A stretch of 64,000 nt of DNA from Octopus vulgaris (GCA_951406725.2 OX597819.1:48918001-48982000); one strand, 5' to 3'; shown: positions 12,590 to 25,985, counted from the stretch's first letter. Numbers and translations: made by a program. Notes: generated by a model from the letters alone, not told the origin.

Positions 12590-14870
12590 TACTTTGACAT
12601 GACTTTACTCAGTGCAGGAGGTGTAAATATATGTTGCTTTGTGTCAACTTAGAAGAAAGGTCACTTGCTCAGTGACCTCTAGTCAGTAGACAGAGATGTG
12701 GTAGCCATCTCTTAGACCAGAATTTCTCCACTTTTGTCTATTTGTGAGGATTATGAGATGTACTTGTCTTGTGATCTGTCAGGATCTGGTGGTGGAATTG
12801 CAGAACTAGGTTTAAAAGTACAGATAATCTTTCTGGATTTAGGTGATAAGTTGGTGGTACTGGATGTGAATGACAGTAAAGAAATGCCTTCAGGTTAGTG
12901 GTTGTCTATATTCCAGACTGGAACAGGACAGCCAGATTTCTTGAAACATCTAGAAATACTCTTTGGAATGTCCTACTCTTGAGTACTATTGGAGGACTGG
13001 AATATCATTTTAGATGCTCAATAGGATCTAAGTGGAGCTAACCCACAAGTGTCATCATCATCATGCTGGCATGAGTTGGACAGTTTGACAGAATCTGGCC
13101 AGACAGGACCCTGCACCAGACTTCTGTCTGTTTTGGCAGGGTTTTCATGGCTGGATACCCTTCCTAATACCAACCACCCACCCACCCAGCAGAATGGACT
13201 GAATGCTTTTTATGTGGCACATGTACAGGTGAGGTCAGTTTTAGCATGGTCTTTACAGTTAGATGCCCTTCCAAATGCCAATCACTTTCCAGTGTAGACT
13301 CAATTCTTTTTAAGTGACACCAGCACTGGTAGGGCCACTAAGTAACTTGCAAGACAAAGAGAGGGGAGGGAACATTGGAGGAGGTGGTCTTGTGTCAGAG
13401 GATGAAAGGTTATAGTGAAACAGAAGGAAAGAAACAGGTGTCTTGCTGTAGGTGGGTGTAAAATCCTTGAAAAATTGCTTAAATATTTCCAACTGTCTGA
13501 CTGAATTTCTAAAATATTTGAGTGTGGCCATGGAGCAGCCTTAAGCTTCAAAGAGATCATATCTAGATAAAGTGTTCATCTTGTTAGTGTAGGGTGTTCA
13601 TAAATTAAACTGGTCAACTTACAGACAAATTTGTAATCTGCACAGTTGACATAGATATGACTTATAGACATGAACCTGGTTTCTGAGAGTGGAACTCCTA
13701 TTTCCAGGTGCACAAAGACTACAGGGATCAGATTAGCAAGCTGGTCAAGCAACTGTTGATGAAGGTGTTGTCAACAACTGGTGGGGGAGACACCCTGAAG
13801 AAGGTAGTTAGATATGAGCTGATAGCATTTACTAAACAGTTAGTGATTGGAAGAAATACAGTAGAGGGGAGATAGTAAACTAGAAGAGGTGATTGTAAAG
13901 GCATCGCAACTACCATGCTAGTGGTATAAATGACCCTTAACCATTTCTTCCATGTGAAACGTGAAGGTTTGCCAGAGCTAGGGCTTGAGTGTTAAAACAA
14001 GATGGAATTAGAGCAGTTTGTGAACTTGGATGGCAAAGGCAGTGTAGCAACAATGGCACAATTTGGTCTTTGATGCGCATGTGCTACTTGATTTTAAGCA
14101 GATATAGGCATAGGAGCAGCTGTGTGGTAAGTAGCTTGCTTACGAACCACATAGTTTGGGGTTCAGTCCCACTGTGTGGCACTTTGGGCAAGTGTCTTCT
14201 GCTGTAGCCTCGGGCCGACCAAAGCATTGTGAGTGGATTTGGTAGATGGAAACTGAAAGAATCCTGTCATAGATATGTATATATATGTGTGTGTATATGT
14301 TTGTGTGTCTGTGTTTGTCCCCCCAACATCGCTTGACAACTGATGCTGGTGTGTTTACGTCCCTGTAACCTAGTGGTTCAGCAAAAGAAACCGATAGAGT
14401 AAGTACTAGGCTTACAAAGAATAAGTACTGGGGTCGATTTACTCGACTAAAGGTGGTGCTCCAGCATGGCCACAGTCAAATGACTGAAACAAGTAAAAGA
14501 GATATGTATGGATTTCTATCTGCACTTTGCTTGATGAGTTGGAAACAGCAATGACACCGTGACAATCTGCTGTGCTTTATAATACAAAATACTGCAAAAG
14601 GCTGAAAACAGCATCTGAGACACAGTAAGTGCTTGGTTAATTACACAAGGGAAAAATTGTTCGGTTTGGATGGTTATATGCCAGACTTGTTTGGTGACTT
14701 CTTTGCAAACATCTATTCACAACTGTTTGCAGAATGAGAAAATTTTGAGTTCTTTAAGTCAGGGTATGGTAGCACAGCAGAAAAAGAATGAAACAAGTGA
14801 CTCGTTATAGAAAATTTCTAGTTCATAACTTTACTAAATGCAAATTACAAAAGGACACTACCAATTTATG
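12590..14870 (+). mobile_element. Decayed L1/Tx1-clade LINE (APE endonuclease to start of RT), with nested insertions
   Basis: Remnants FRLVVVYIP, EDWNIILD (GDWN motif), SYLDKVF, and ENF*FITLLNANYK (NFRPITLLNxDYK). Interrupted at ~13050-13460 and 14106-14499. Confidence 0.7.
14106..14499 (+). mobile_element. Family A SINE with AGATAT target-site duplication
   Basis: AGATAT at 14100-14105 and 14500-14505. Confidence 0.9.
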
Positions 14871-15214
14871 ACAAATTCTTGAGATGCCCACAGAGTGACA
14901 AAACCATATTGCATCAAAGCATTTCTAATGTGGGGAGTTATGTTGAACAGCTATTGCCACATGCAGGATGGATCCAGTTACTAGATAAGTCCATCATGAA
15001 GATCACTCTGTTGCCTTCCTTTAATGAGACTGGACTGGAAGTTTTCCTTAGTTTGGTGTTTATGGTGAAAGCAGTTGCATAGTGGATTAGATAGAAAGGA
15101 GTGAGAACAGACAGTTTCCTTTTTGATCAGGTCCTCATCACTTTCTACTTGAAAGGTGGAGATGGAGAAGGAAGTTCCTTCCTGTGAATTTTTCAAAAGG
15201 TTGGAGACTGTCCC

Positions 15215-15990
15215 TCTGGTCAAAATGCTTAGCAGCATTTCTTCCGGCTTCATATTCTTAGTTCAAATGTTGCTGAGGTTGACTTTATCTTTCATTCGTT
15301 TGGGGGTCAATGAAATAAGTGTCAGTAAAATACAGGGGTCAATGTAAACGATTTCCCCCTCCCTTCTAAAACTGCAGGCCCTGTGCCAAAATTTGAAATC
15401 ATTATTATTAAGGTGGTGAGCTGGCAGAATTGTTAGCACCCTAGACAAAATACTTAGCAGCATTTCTTCCAGTTTTACATTCTATGTTCAAATTGTTGCT
15501 GTGGTTGACTTTGGCTTTCATCCCTTTTTTTTTGGGGGGGGGGGGGTCGATAAATTAAGTATCAGTTTAGCACTGGGGTTAATGTAATTGACTTGCTCCC
15601 TTTCTCCAAATTTCAAGCCTTGTCCCGATAGTAGAAAGGATTGTTGTTGTTGGTGTTGTTGTTTAAGGCAGTGAGCTGGCAGAATCATTAGCACACCAGG
15701 TAAAATGCTTAATGGCATTTTGTCTCTCTTTACATTCTGAGTTCAAATTCTGCTGAGGTCGACTTTGCCTCTCATCCTTTTGGGGGTCGATGAAATAAGT
15801 ACCAGTTGAGCACTGGGGTCAGTATAATTGACTAGCCCCCAACTCCTCCAAATTTCAGGTCTTGTGCCTGTAGTAGAAAGGACTGTTATTATATTTGTCT
15901 GTTTTTATGTTCTGAGTTTGAATTCCACTGAGGTCAGTCTTGCCTTTCATCCTTTTGGGGTTCAATCAAACAAATACCAGTTGAACACTG
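15215..15990 (+). repeat. Head-to-tail array of family B SINEs (about 4 units)
   Basis: AAATGCTTAG..GTTCAAAT..TCATCCTTTTGGGGTCGATAAA..AAATTTCAGG module repeated every ~200-260 bp. Confidence 0.85.
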
Positions 15991-18900
15991 TTGTTTGTTC
16001 CTTCTCGAGCCATGCCTGGCTCATAAGGGCTGGTTTCCCAGTTTCCTTGGCATATAGGTTCCCCCACCTGGATGAGACACCGGTCCATCACAGGTGAGCT
16101 GCAAGATGCAGGAGGAATGAGAGAGAGAGAGAAAGTTGTGGCGTGGAGCTTAGGTGTGAGTTTTGAACCCGCAATCCTTCGACCATGAGTCCGCTACTCT
16201 AACCACTAGGCCATGTGCCTCCACTAGGGTCGAACACCAGGGTCAATATAATGGACTAGTTCCCTTCCCCCAAAAAACTTGCTTCTCAACAACAGGGTTT
16301 CAATTTCAGTCTCACTGCTTGGCACCTTGGGCAAGTGTCTTCTGCTATAGCCTCAGACTGACTGAAATCATATGATTGAATTTTGTAGGTGGAGGTTCCC
16401 ATCATGTACATACATGTGTGTGTAAAAATGCTTGTGCCTCCTGCAATATATAGGAGGGAAACCTACTTTCACTTTTATCAAGACCATGATAATGTAACAG
16501 TGAATTGGCAACAAGTAAATAGATGATGGAATGTCAACTATTTAATTGCTACTAATTCACCGCTGCATCATTGTGAACCTTGATTGTTTACAATACCATC
16601 TTAGTTTGTTTTACTGATCATCCACAGCTGTCTCCTGTATATGATTAGCATTTCAATCAGGTCAGTGAATAAAATAAGTTTTACAAAAAAAAATAAATAA
16701 ATAAAAATAAAAATAAAACCACAGATTTATTGCATTGATTGAACTCAGACCAATGCTAGAAATTATTTTTGAATAACAGTATTGTTTATTAGAAGTTGGT
16801 TGAAACCAAATTCAATTGGAACAGAGTGAATGAGTACAAAGTTAAAAATAAATTCTAAATATGCAAATTAACTTGTTACAATTAGCATTTGAGACAGGTT
16901 CTAAACAATGTGATTATCATCAACTGGTACTTGTAATATATCAAGAAATTAAGACAGAAAGTGACTTTGGCTGGAACTGTCTGCAGCTGAAACACCCCCG
17001 AGCGACTTTATAAATAGCAGATTCACTTACATTAAAATCATTCAACATAGTAGCATGTGTAAAACCTATTCTCTCAATGTCATCATCATCATCATCATCA
17101 CCATTGCCTTATACACACATACAGATACATGGCAGTGTGTCTGTGTGTGTCTGAAATACTGAGAAAATGAAAATGCACCAAATTTTTATATACGTATATA
17201 TTATTTGTGCAATTAAGACAAGTTTGACATTTTAACAATTGAAGAAAAATTGTTTTATTGTATGTATTTTCATGCACATATATGTATGTATGTACATGTG
17301 TATATATGTGTGTGTTTACATACATACAGAGAGAAAGAGAGAGAGTTAGGTGGCTAGGGGTGACTGGCTAAAACTGTTCTTATTGATATTCTTCAAATAA
17401 TTTGAAGAATAAATATGAAGATTGTAGGGAAAACCAAAGTTGTTGTTGTTGTTGTCATCATCATCATCATCAGTAGTGTTGAAACAAATGGGCTCTTTTC
17501 TTTGTAAGACATTTTATTGATACTGAAACAGAGAATCAATTTCATGCTTCTTGGAGTTGCTGTGTTGCTTTGGAAAATTTCCCTCTTTTTTGATTGCATG
17601 TATGAAGTACATTACTCAAGATCTATTTCACCATTGTCTGGGAATGCAGCTAATAGAGCCACACAACTGTGGTTTGTATCATTGTGTTTTGTTTTTTTAT
17701 AGTTGTCCCAGTTACTGTTAATAGACAGAGGAAATAGGTAGCATGGCTGTAGGCAGTTAAGATTTTTGTAAGTAGATCATTTTACAATTATATGATTCTT
17801 GTTTCAATCCCACAACTAGGTGTCTTAGGGTAAATGTGTTTTTCTAATGCCTTGGGGTGATCAATACTTCATGAGAGGAATTTATAGATAGAAACTGGTT
17901 CAGGATTCTCTTTCACTGTTTGGCACCTTGGGCAAGTGTTATCTACTTTAGCCTTGAGTTGACCAAAGCTTTGTGTATAGATTTAATAGATGGAAACTGG
18001 AAGAATCTCATTGTTATATTTGTCTGTTTGTGTGTGAACTGGCGTCTCCTTATCTTGACATCATGTGATAGCTGTAATGTCACTGTCTTAGAACAATGTC
18101 ATTTGTTTCTAACTGCCTGGTTCTGAACCAAGTTAATTTTACATAGGATTAGGATTGTGAAAGTTTGTCTAACCATGGAGAAATATTTCCTTACTTGGAA
18201 ACAGGTGAAGTTTGGTGACAAGTAATAGAGATCACTGTATTAAATACCTGCCTACAGTAAGTACCAGTGGTTGATATGGTTGACCAAAACCCCTAAAGGT
18301 TGTGCCTAAGCATGGCCACAGTCCAAACAATGGCTGAAGCCAGTAGATTAAAAGATCAATCCCACTGAACCAACAGTAGGTACACTGCAGCAATTTATTA
18401 TTCTGTTCTGGAATATCCTGCATATTGTATGAATGTCAATTATTGACTGCATTTTTACAAGATGTATTTGATATAAGGCAATTTTTTTCTTCAGCAGACT
18501 GTTAAAATGTGTGTGTGTTTGTGTTTGGCAGATTTACAGCAACGCTCCCTGCCTTGAATCATGTGAATAACAGCTGTCTCTTCACCTTAAGAAATATCAA
18601 TGTACAGGTGTCCACTTGAATGTCAAGTGACTAACAATAACATTGTGGTTCCTTAAAAAATAGTTTGTAGTTTAAAAGTGGATACATCATATGTGAAGGG
18701 CAGAACTTTAGTTTTCTTTTTTTTTTCTTAGTATATAATAGTTTTACTGGTAAAGCATCACCTCATATCTGTAGTCTAAGAACTGTGTTTACTATTTAAC
18801 CCTTCTGTTACCATATTTCTGCTGAAATACACTGCACTTGCTTCAGTTAATTTGGAAAATAATGAAAAATTTAGTAAAATAACTTTGTCGTGATTAATCT

Positions 18901-19029
18901 GGAGCTTGGAATTTAAATTAATATGAAATTTTGATAAAATAATAATGGACTTATTGTATACAATGTTCAGGTACACTACAACTCTTCAGAAAAGGTTAAA
19001 AGAACAAAGAGCAGAGATAGGTTAAATAA

Positions 19030-19335
19030 AGAAAGACTGTAATAAAGGTTAGAATTACATGTACAGTACACAGAAGAAAACTCAAAAACTGAGAAAAGTG
19101 ATTAAGAATATGAGTCCATAGGTATATCAGGAGTAGTGTTGGTAAATTTTGGGAAGCATGGAATTTTTGAAGGATGCAGTTTCCTGCCACTTAGCAACAA
19201 CTGCGGGCAATTTATTTCATACCTTTACAATTCTGAGCATGGAAATATGTTTTTGAAAGTCATGAGTGCTATGCTGTTTTTTTAATTTTATAAGCATGTC
19301 CCCATGTGGTAGAGGAATTGAATTCAAAAAGGTAA
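19030..19335 (-). mobile_element. Older CR1 LINE 3' end
   Basis: Colinear with 52640-52825 (GGAAGCATGGAA..TTGAAGGATGCAG..GAAAGTCATG). Confidence 0.7.
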
Positions 19336-19649
19336 AGTTTTAACTCAAATCACTTCAAAGCAGAAAATTTGTATCATTAAAACATGAAGAACTAGGGGGC
19401 AGTCTCGGGTGGATTAATATCACAATGGTGAAACAGATTGATTTTCTGCAGATATAGTTATAGATTGTTATACAAAGTGATTAAGAAAAATAACAACTTG
19501 TCTCCAAATTTTAAGTAATTTGTAATTTATTACAGAGCTTGTATAATGGGAGGTTTTTTGTTTTTTGTAATATGAAAATACATTGATATCATAATAAAAA
19601 TAAAAATAATCAGAGGTTTAGACTCTATATGGAATCAAATGCTTAAGAA

Positions 19650-19918
19650 GACATGTCAAGCTAAGTAAAATCGTAGTTGTAGCCAGTGCTGGTGACGTGT
19701 AAAAGGCACCTGCGGCAGTGACACGCAAATGGCATCTGTGCTGGTGAGATGTAAAAGACACCCAGTACACTGTATGGAGTAGTTGGTGTTAGAAAGGCCA
19801 TCCAACTGTAGGAACCATACCAAATCAGACTGGAGCCTGGTGCAACTCTCCAGCTTACCAATTCCAGTCAAACTGTCTAACCAATGCCAGCATGGATAAT
19901 GGATGATGATGACGATGA
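19650..19918 (+). mobile_element. Family E element (older)
   Basis: GTAAAAGGCACC modules, GAAAGGCCATCCAAC and (GAT)n tail. Confidence 0.7.
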
Positions 19919-20562
19919 CAACTTGTAAATACAAGCACAACTATTGCTAACATATTTGAAATTAAGAATTAGATCTGTGAGAGTAGCTAGTAACCATTTG
20001 TTATGTATTCTTGTTATTTCAGATTCATTGTATTTGTGGACTAGTGAACAGTTGATAATTTTTAGATAGTCTTTTGTATGGCAGTTTGTTAATTCTTGCT
20101 TCTGTAAATCTAATGCACCTTAGTGGTTCAGCAAAAAAAACAAAAAACTGATAGAATAAGTACCATATGTAAAAATAATGACTGTGGGCAGTGCTCCAGC
20201 ATGGCTGCAGTCTGATGACCAGAACCAGTAAATATGTAAAAGAGTATAAACACTGATAGTGATGGAAATGGGGAGCTTCACAAAGATATTTTTGTATGTA
20301 AGAAATGAATTAATATATGTATGTGGACAGTGGACAAACGTATGAAGAATTAAAACAAGGCTACTAAAAAAATAGATATTAATGGTCCCTGCTTTTCATG
20401 GATATTTATATGTATACAGGCATGCATTGATATGTATACAGGCATGCTTTATACATTCACATACATGCATTGTGAATTGAACAATATACTGTGCATGTGA
20501 ACACATATAGATGTACTCATATATACATTTACACGAGTAGTTATTCTCAAGCATATGTTGCT

Positions 20563-20780
20563 GTGGGGTTGCTGAAAAGTTCCTGGTTTTAAGGGTATCT
20601 CAAAAATGCCTGATTGGAGGCCCAACCTTCTGAGTTCTTTTACAGGGCTTAGAAAAACTGAAGGACTGCTGCAATAAGTGTGAGTCTGAGAGGAGAATAT
20701 GTTGAATACAATCACAATAAACTGATCCTCTTATGTTTCTTTTTACTCAAAGCCAGGAACTTTTTAGCAACCCTCTCGTA
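20563..20780 (+). mobile_element. Mariner-derived MITE
   Basis: ~25-bp TIRs (GGGTTGCTGAAAAGTTCCTGG / CCAGGAACTTTTTAGCAACCC) enclosing a transposase C-terminal remnant (..GEYVE). Confidence 0.75.
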
Positions 20781-20823
20781 TGTGTATGAATAAGTTTGCA
20801 GGTGTACAAGTGTACAAGTGTAC

Positions 20824-20870
<47 letters not shown>

Positions 20871-21348
20871 TAGATAGATAGATATGCGCCCTCATGCATA
20901 TGCATAGACATGTGTACACATATGCATACACATATACATGTCTGTGTTCAGTTATTTATCTTGTTTTACCTATATTGGCTGAGGTCATACTGGAGTGCAT
21001 ATTGTGTATAGAATGCTTCTGATGAAGGGTCTAATGAATATTTTTCTTTGGAGAAAAAGTGATAATTTAATTATTAAAATATTCGTGAATATATTTCCAC
21101 TACTTATAAACAGTTTGGCTTCAAGCCATTTAAAAATTTCAATACATGTTAATTTGAATACTTTTAGATATGTGTATGTATGTTTAATCCAATAATTCCA
21201 GTGTTGGGAATTTACATATTAGACATTTAAATTTTCTTTTTATTATATGAACTCACAAAACAAAGAATGATATACATATTCCTTCTTAATATATTCTGAT
21301 GCACTTGGGCAAGAAAATGGTTTTCCACAATTAGAGCAACTTATCTTT

Positions 21349-21554
21349 TTAACCCTTTAGCATTTAAACTGGCCATATCTGGCCCAAATATTCTCCTAGC
21401 TATATCTGGCCTCTCGCATCTAAACTACGTCATTCTACAAATAAAGAATCTCAACATTGAAATCTCAAAGCTGTGCAATAATAACATGAGTAATTTAAAA
21501 CAATGTGAATACATAAGCATTACATTTGACAGAATATGAATGCTAAAAGGTTAA
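21349..21554. mobile_element. piggyBac-type MITE (TTAA target)
   Basis: TTAA-CCCTTTAGCATT...AATGCTAAAAGG-TTAA; same family as 7840-8478, 41869-42088 and 52131-52354. Confidence 0.8.
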
Positions 21555-22158
21555 ACAATGTATGTAGACAACACATTCACTTTAGTGATATCAGCAAACT
21601 CATGGACACCAGTGTTTTGGTATGACCATGCCTCCACAGTGAGTAACACCACTTGAAACTCTGAATTTAGACAGGAATGATTGTTCCAAAGCCATATTTA
21701 CATCCAAGTGAGTCAGAACATATTAAAGAATGAATATACACAATATTGATTTGATTCTCACTGTTTTGCATCCTTGTAATGTTTTAATATCAGTTGAGTA
21801 GGTCTTGGGACTGAGGCCAATTTTATTGACTAGACTCATCAAGGCAGTGCTCCAGCATGGCTGCAATCCAATGACTTTAAAACCAGTAAAAGTGTAAAAG
21901 CTTATAAACACTGCTAGCAATAAAAATGGAGTGGGGGGATCTGCAGGGATATTTTTATATGTAAGATATGATATAATATATACATGTGGACATAAGCAAC
22001 TATTCTGTATGCTGAATTCTATAGAAAGGAATATCACTGAAGGGAATTCAGCAGCAAAATGCTATGTTCTTGTACAAAGTCTTTCCCAGCAATTCCATCT
22101 GACTCATGTAAGCATGGAAAAATGGATGTTGAATGCTGCTGCTGCTGATGATGTATAT

Positions 22159-22905
22159 CAATGGTTCTCAACCATTTTTTACCTATGAGCCTCCTTTGAT
22201 ACCTATTTTGCTTAGTTGGACTCTCATAGCTATTCATGTCTAAAAAATCCAATTCTATTTTTATAATTGAATATTATTAGGGATTGTATATAATAAAAAA
22301 AAAACTGTTAAAATATTTTGTGTATTACTCTTTTGCTCTTTTATTTGCTTCAGTCATTCGACTGCAGCCATGCTGGAGCACCGCCTTTAGTCGAACAAAT
22401 CGACTCCAGGACTTATTCTTTGTAAGCCTAGTACTTATTCTATTGGTCTTTTTTGCCAAACTGCTATGTTATGGGGACGTAAACACACCAACATCAGTTG
22501 TCAAGCGACATTGTGGGACAAACACAGACACACAAACATACATAAACACACACACACGACAGGCTTCTTTCAGTTTCCATCTACCAAATCCACTCACAAG
22601 GCTTTTGTTGGTCCGAGGCTATAGTAGAAGACATTTGTCTAAGGTGCCACACAATGGGACTGAACCCGGAACCACGTGGTTGGGAAGCAAACTACTTACC
22701 ACACAGTCACTCCTGCACCTATAGTGTAGAAATGTAACCAATTTATTTCATATAAATTTTAACCACAAAATCTTATATGGACCCCCAATGGTCATATGGA
22801 TCCTAGTTGAAAACCAGAAGTATAGCCAGTTTATTGCACATAAAATTTAGCAAAAATATCTTATGTGGATCTCCAATGGTCATAATAGACCTTGGTTGGG
22901 AACCA

Positions 22906-22908
<3 letters not shown>
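22159..22908. mobile_element. hAT-like MITE with duplicated 3' end and nested SINE
   Basis: Termini CAATGGTTCTCAACC / GGTTGGGAACCACTG; 22740-22816 repeated at 22828-22905. Confidence 0.55.
22327..22720 (-). mobile_element. Family A SINE
   Basis: Colinear with 7993-8403. Confidence 0.9.
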
Positions 22909-22943
<35 letters not shown>

Positions 22944-23019
22944 TCAATGAAATTCCAACTTCGTCTGATTTTCATGTTTTATTATTTACAATTTTTGGAA
23001 TTTTACAATATTGAAATAA

Positions 23020-23345
23020 TTTGCTTTCCAGCCACATGCTTCTGGATTCAGTCCCACTGCATGACACCTTGGGCAAGTGTCTTCTGCTATAGCCTTGGGA
23101 TGACCAAAGCCTTGTGAGTGGATTTGGTTGACAGAAACTGAAAGAAGCCTGTTGTATATATGTATATGTTTGTGTGACTGAGTTTGTCCCCCAACCATTG
23201 CTTGACAACTGATGTTGGTGTGTTTATGTCCCCATAACTTAGTGGTTTGGCAAAAAGAGATTGATAGAATAAGTACTAGGCTTACAAAGAATAAGTCCTG
23301 GGGTCGATTTGGCCACAGACAAATGACTAAAACAAGTAAAAGAAT
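23020..23345 (+). mobile_element. Family A SINE
   Basis: Colinear with 14106-14499. Confidence 0.85.
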
Positions 23346-23521
23346 AAAATAATATATTGTGATAAAACTAGTACTTTCATGCGTTATGCAATCATCAGGT
23401 TTATGTAGCGACAGTCGAGTACCACAATTGACAATTGTCATAAAATGATTAGATTTATCCTTTAAATACTTGCCAATGGGCTCCAGCAGGCTGAATCTTA
23501 TGAACTGTAAGTTTTATCACA

Positions 23522-23557
<36 letters not shown>

Positions 23558-24987
23558 CATATTCTATTATTGTAAAATTGTAAAAATTATAAATAATGTG
23601 TGAAAATCAGACTAGGTTGGAATTTCGTTGATTAATATAGTCTTCTATACATAATAATACAAACTCAAATCTATATCTGTCTGTTTGTCTACTTCTCTAT
23701 CTATCTATCTATCTACACACACACACACACACACACACAAGGCTGAATTTGCTACATCATTTGCTGAATAGAGCCCATTTCTGAGTGGCAGAGTATGGCA
23801 TTGATGTTCAGCTGAATGTGTATGGATGTTGAAGAGCCTGGTATATTGTGGTGGTGGTGGTGTTGGTAGGGATTATATTTGATATTTACAGTATAGTATA
23901 GTTAGGATGGATGATCCTCAATTATTTGGCATCAAAGATAAAGTTATAGGAGGATAAAAGCTGCGTGATTGATTTAATCGATCACTCTATATAGAAAAAT
24001 AGAGCAGATCAATTTCTGTCTTGGTTACTAGTATTTCTCTGTTGTTAGTCAGTGAGTGAGTTGGTGTGGGATAGAACAGTTGGTGTATTTGGCCCCAGAA
24101 TGTGTGGCCTTTTTTTTTTTGTAGCATCCCTGGAGAAATTGTTAGAGAATGTAACCCTGGTAGGATATGAACTTAGAAATATAGACACGCTGCAGGAGAT
24201 GATATAACACATTGAATCCAATCCTGTACTATCTGTATCAGCCTGTGAATCAACAAAAGAGCCTTCATATGGTCGTTACCATGCTAGAAATGGCAACCAA
24301 AACTTCACTCAAATCACTCCTTAGTACCTTAAAAAGATAAACATTGGACAATGTAGTTTAAAGTAAACAATGCTTGAAAAAGCTGTGATGGCCATAGCTG
24401 GAATGCCTTTGACTGCAGGCTTGTTCAGTCAGATCTGAGGTGGGGGTTAAACCAAAGCAGTAACAATGAAAATTACACCAACAACAATAACAACAAGAAC
24501 AATAACACTATAATGTAACCACTGTATGGTTGCTTAAACTGTTAGAAATAGCACCCAACCCCCTTCTAATACATCCTATTGTTTCAAACGAAAAGAAAGG
24601 ACACATTGAACAATGTAGTCCATGATCGATGAATAAATGAGATGGTCATGATTGGAATACCTTTGATCATAGTTCTGCTTGACCATGGCCGCTAACCTGG
24701 GGCTAAACAACAGCAGCAACAGAGACAGCAATAGCTCTGTTAGTTACGAGTAGTGAGAGTTGTTAAAGTATGTGTGTGTGAGTGGGAGAGGATCTTATTT
24801 GTTTGTTCAATACATTATCACACTGGTTGATCAATGTTATAATCACAGTGATCTGAGGATGTTAATGCATGAGAAACACTAAATGAAATTTGGTGTAGAT
24901 TTGATAGATATGTTGAACGCTATACAGCTCTGTTGTTGTGTTTACACTATATTGATTTATGTATAATATAATACATGCGTATACATT

Positions 24988-25052
<65 letters not shown>

Positions 25053-25344
25053 CACACACGCGTATATATGATTGGTTGAATAAATCATTACAGGCAAAAT
25101 TTGAAATCCTAGTCAATCCAATATGCATAATAAATTCGATTCTGCTAAAAGCATTGAATCCTTTCATCAGTAAATGTTTGTTGTTGTTGTTTTTTTATAT
25201 AACTTCATAATCCAACAATTCAAGCAGTCATGCACACACACACGACCTGGAATTTCAGTTTGTATGGATAGTTTTCTTCTTAAAGGCAAATCGTTGATGG
25301 CTATACAATTGCCAGCCAGTATTTGCAGAAGTGCTTACTGAGGA

Positions 25345-25702
25345 TATAGCTTGTCTCAACCACATGGATCCAGGTTCAATCCTAACACATGGCACCTTGG
25401 GCAAGGGTCTTCTACTATGACTTCAGGCTGACCAAAGCTTTGTGCGTGGATTTGGTAGATGGAAACTAAAAGAAGCTTAGTGTGTGCATATCTTTGTCCC
25501 CATGTTTGTTTTCCACCACCACTGGACAACTGGCTTTGGTGTGTTTACATCCCTGTGACTTAGCAGTTCAGCAAAAGAAACTGATAGAATAAGTACTAGG
25601 CTTTAAGAGATAAATAGTGGGGTTGATTTGTAAACGTAAACATTCCTTCAAGGTAATGCCCCGGGATGGCTGCAGTCTAATGACTGAAAAAAGCAAAAGA
25701 TA
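25345..25702 (+). mobile_element. Family A SINE (older)
   Basis: Colinear with 14106-14499. Confidence 0.8.
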
Positions 25703-25830
25703 AATGATATATATATATATATATACCGGAGTAAGCACTTAAATGTGAAATAAGGTGGATAAAAGGAGTACTCAAATACCAGAGGTAGAGTAATATGCTT
25801 TATTTAAAAGCAGCAGAAATATAACAAAAG

Positions 25831-25868
25831 CTGTTACTCAGAGTTTCACGTTCCCGTTCGTCAGACAG
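25831..25868 (-). ncRNA. Minimal type I hammerhead ribozyme motif (Penelope-like element type)
   Basis: Minus strand reads CTGT-CTGACGA-ACG GGAA CGT-GAAA-CT CTG AGT-A-ACAG. Stem I CTGT/ACAG, core CUGANGA, 3-bp stem II, GAAA, stem III ACT/AGT, GUA cleavage triplet. Confidence 0.7.
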
Positions 25869-25879
25869 TTTTCTTAAAA

Positions 25880-25917
25880 CTGTCCGATGAACAGGAACGT
25901 GAAACTCTGAGTAACAG
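25880..25917 (+). ncRNA. Variant hammerhead motif on the opposite arm of the palindrome
   Basis: CTGT-CCGATGA-ACAGGAACGT-GAAA-CTCTGAGTA-ACAG; U4C core change and one stem II mismatch relative to the minus-strand copy. Confidence 0.55.
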
Positions 25918-25949
25918 CTTTTGTTATATTTCTGCTGCTTTTAAATAAA

Positions 25950-25985
<36 letters not shown>

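Larger units (their letters stand above)
25798..25950. repeat. Near-perfect palindrome (75-bp arms, 3-nt loop), Penelope-like inverted terminal repeat
   Basis: Arms 25798-25872 and 25876-25950 are reverse complements with 3 mismatches; the element (from ~25727) sits inside (TA)n. Confidence 0.9.

Noticed and set aside
24125-24207. Plus-strand exon candidate SLEKLLENVTLVGYELRNIDTLQEMI*
   Set aside because: Good acceptor but no recognisable homology and no linking exons.
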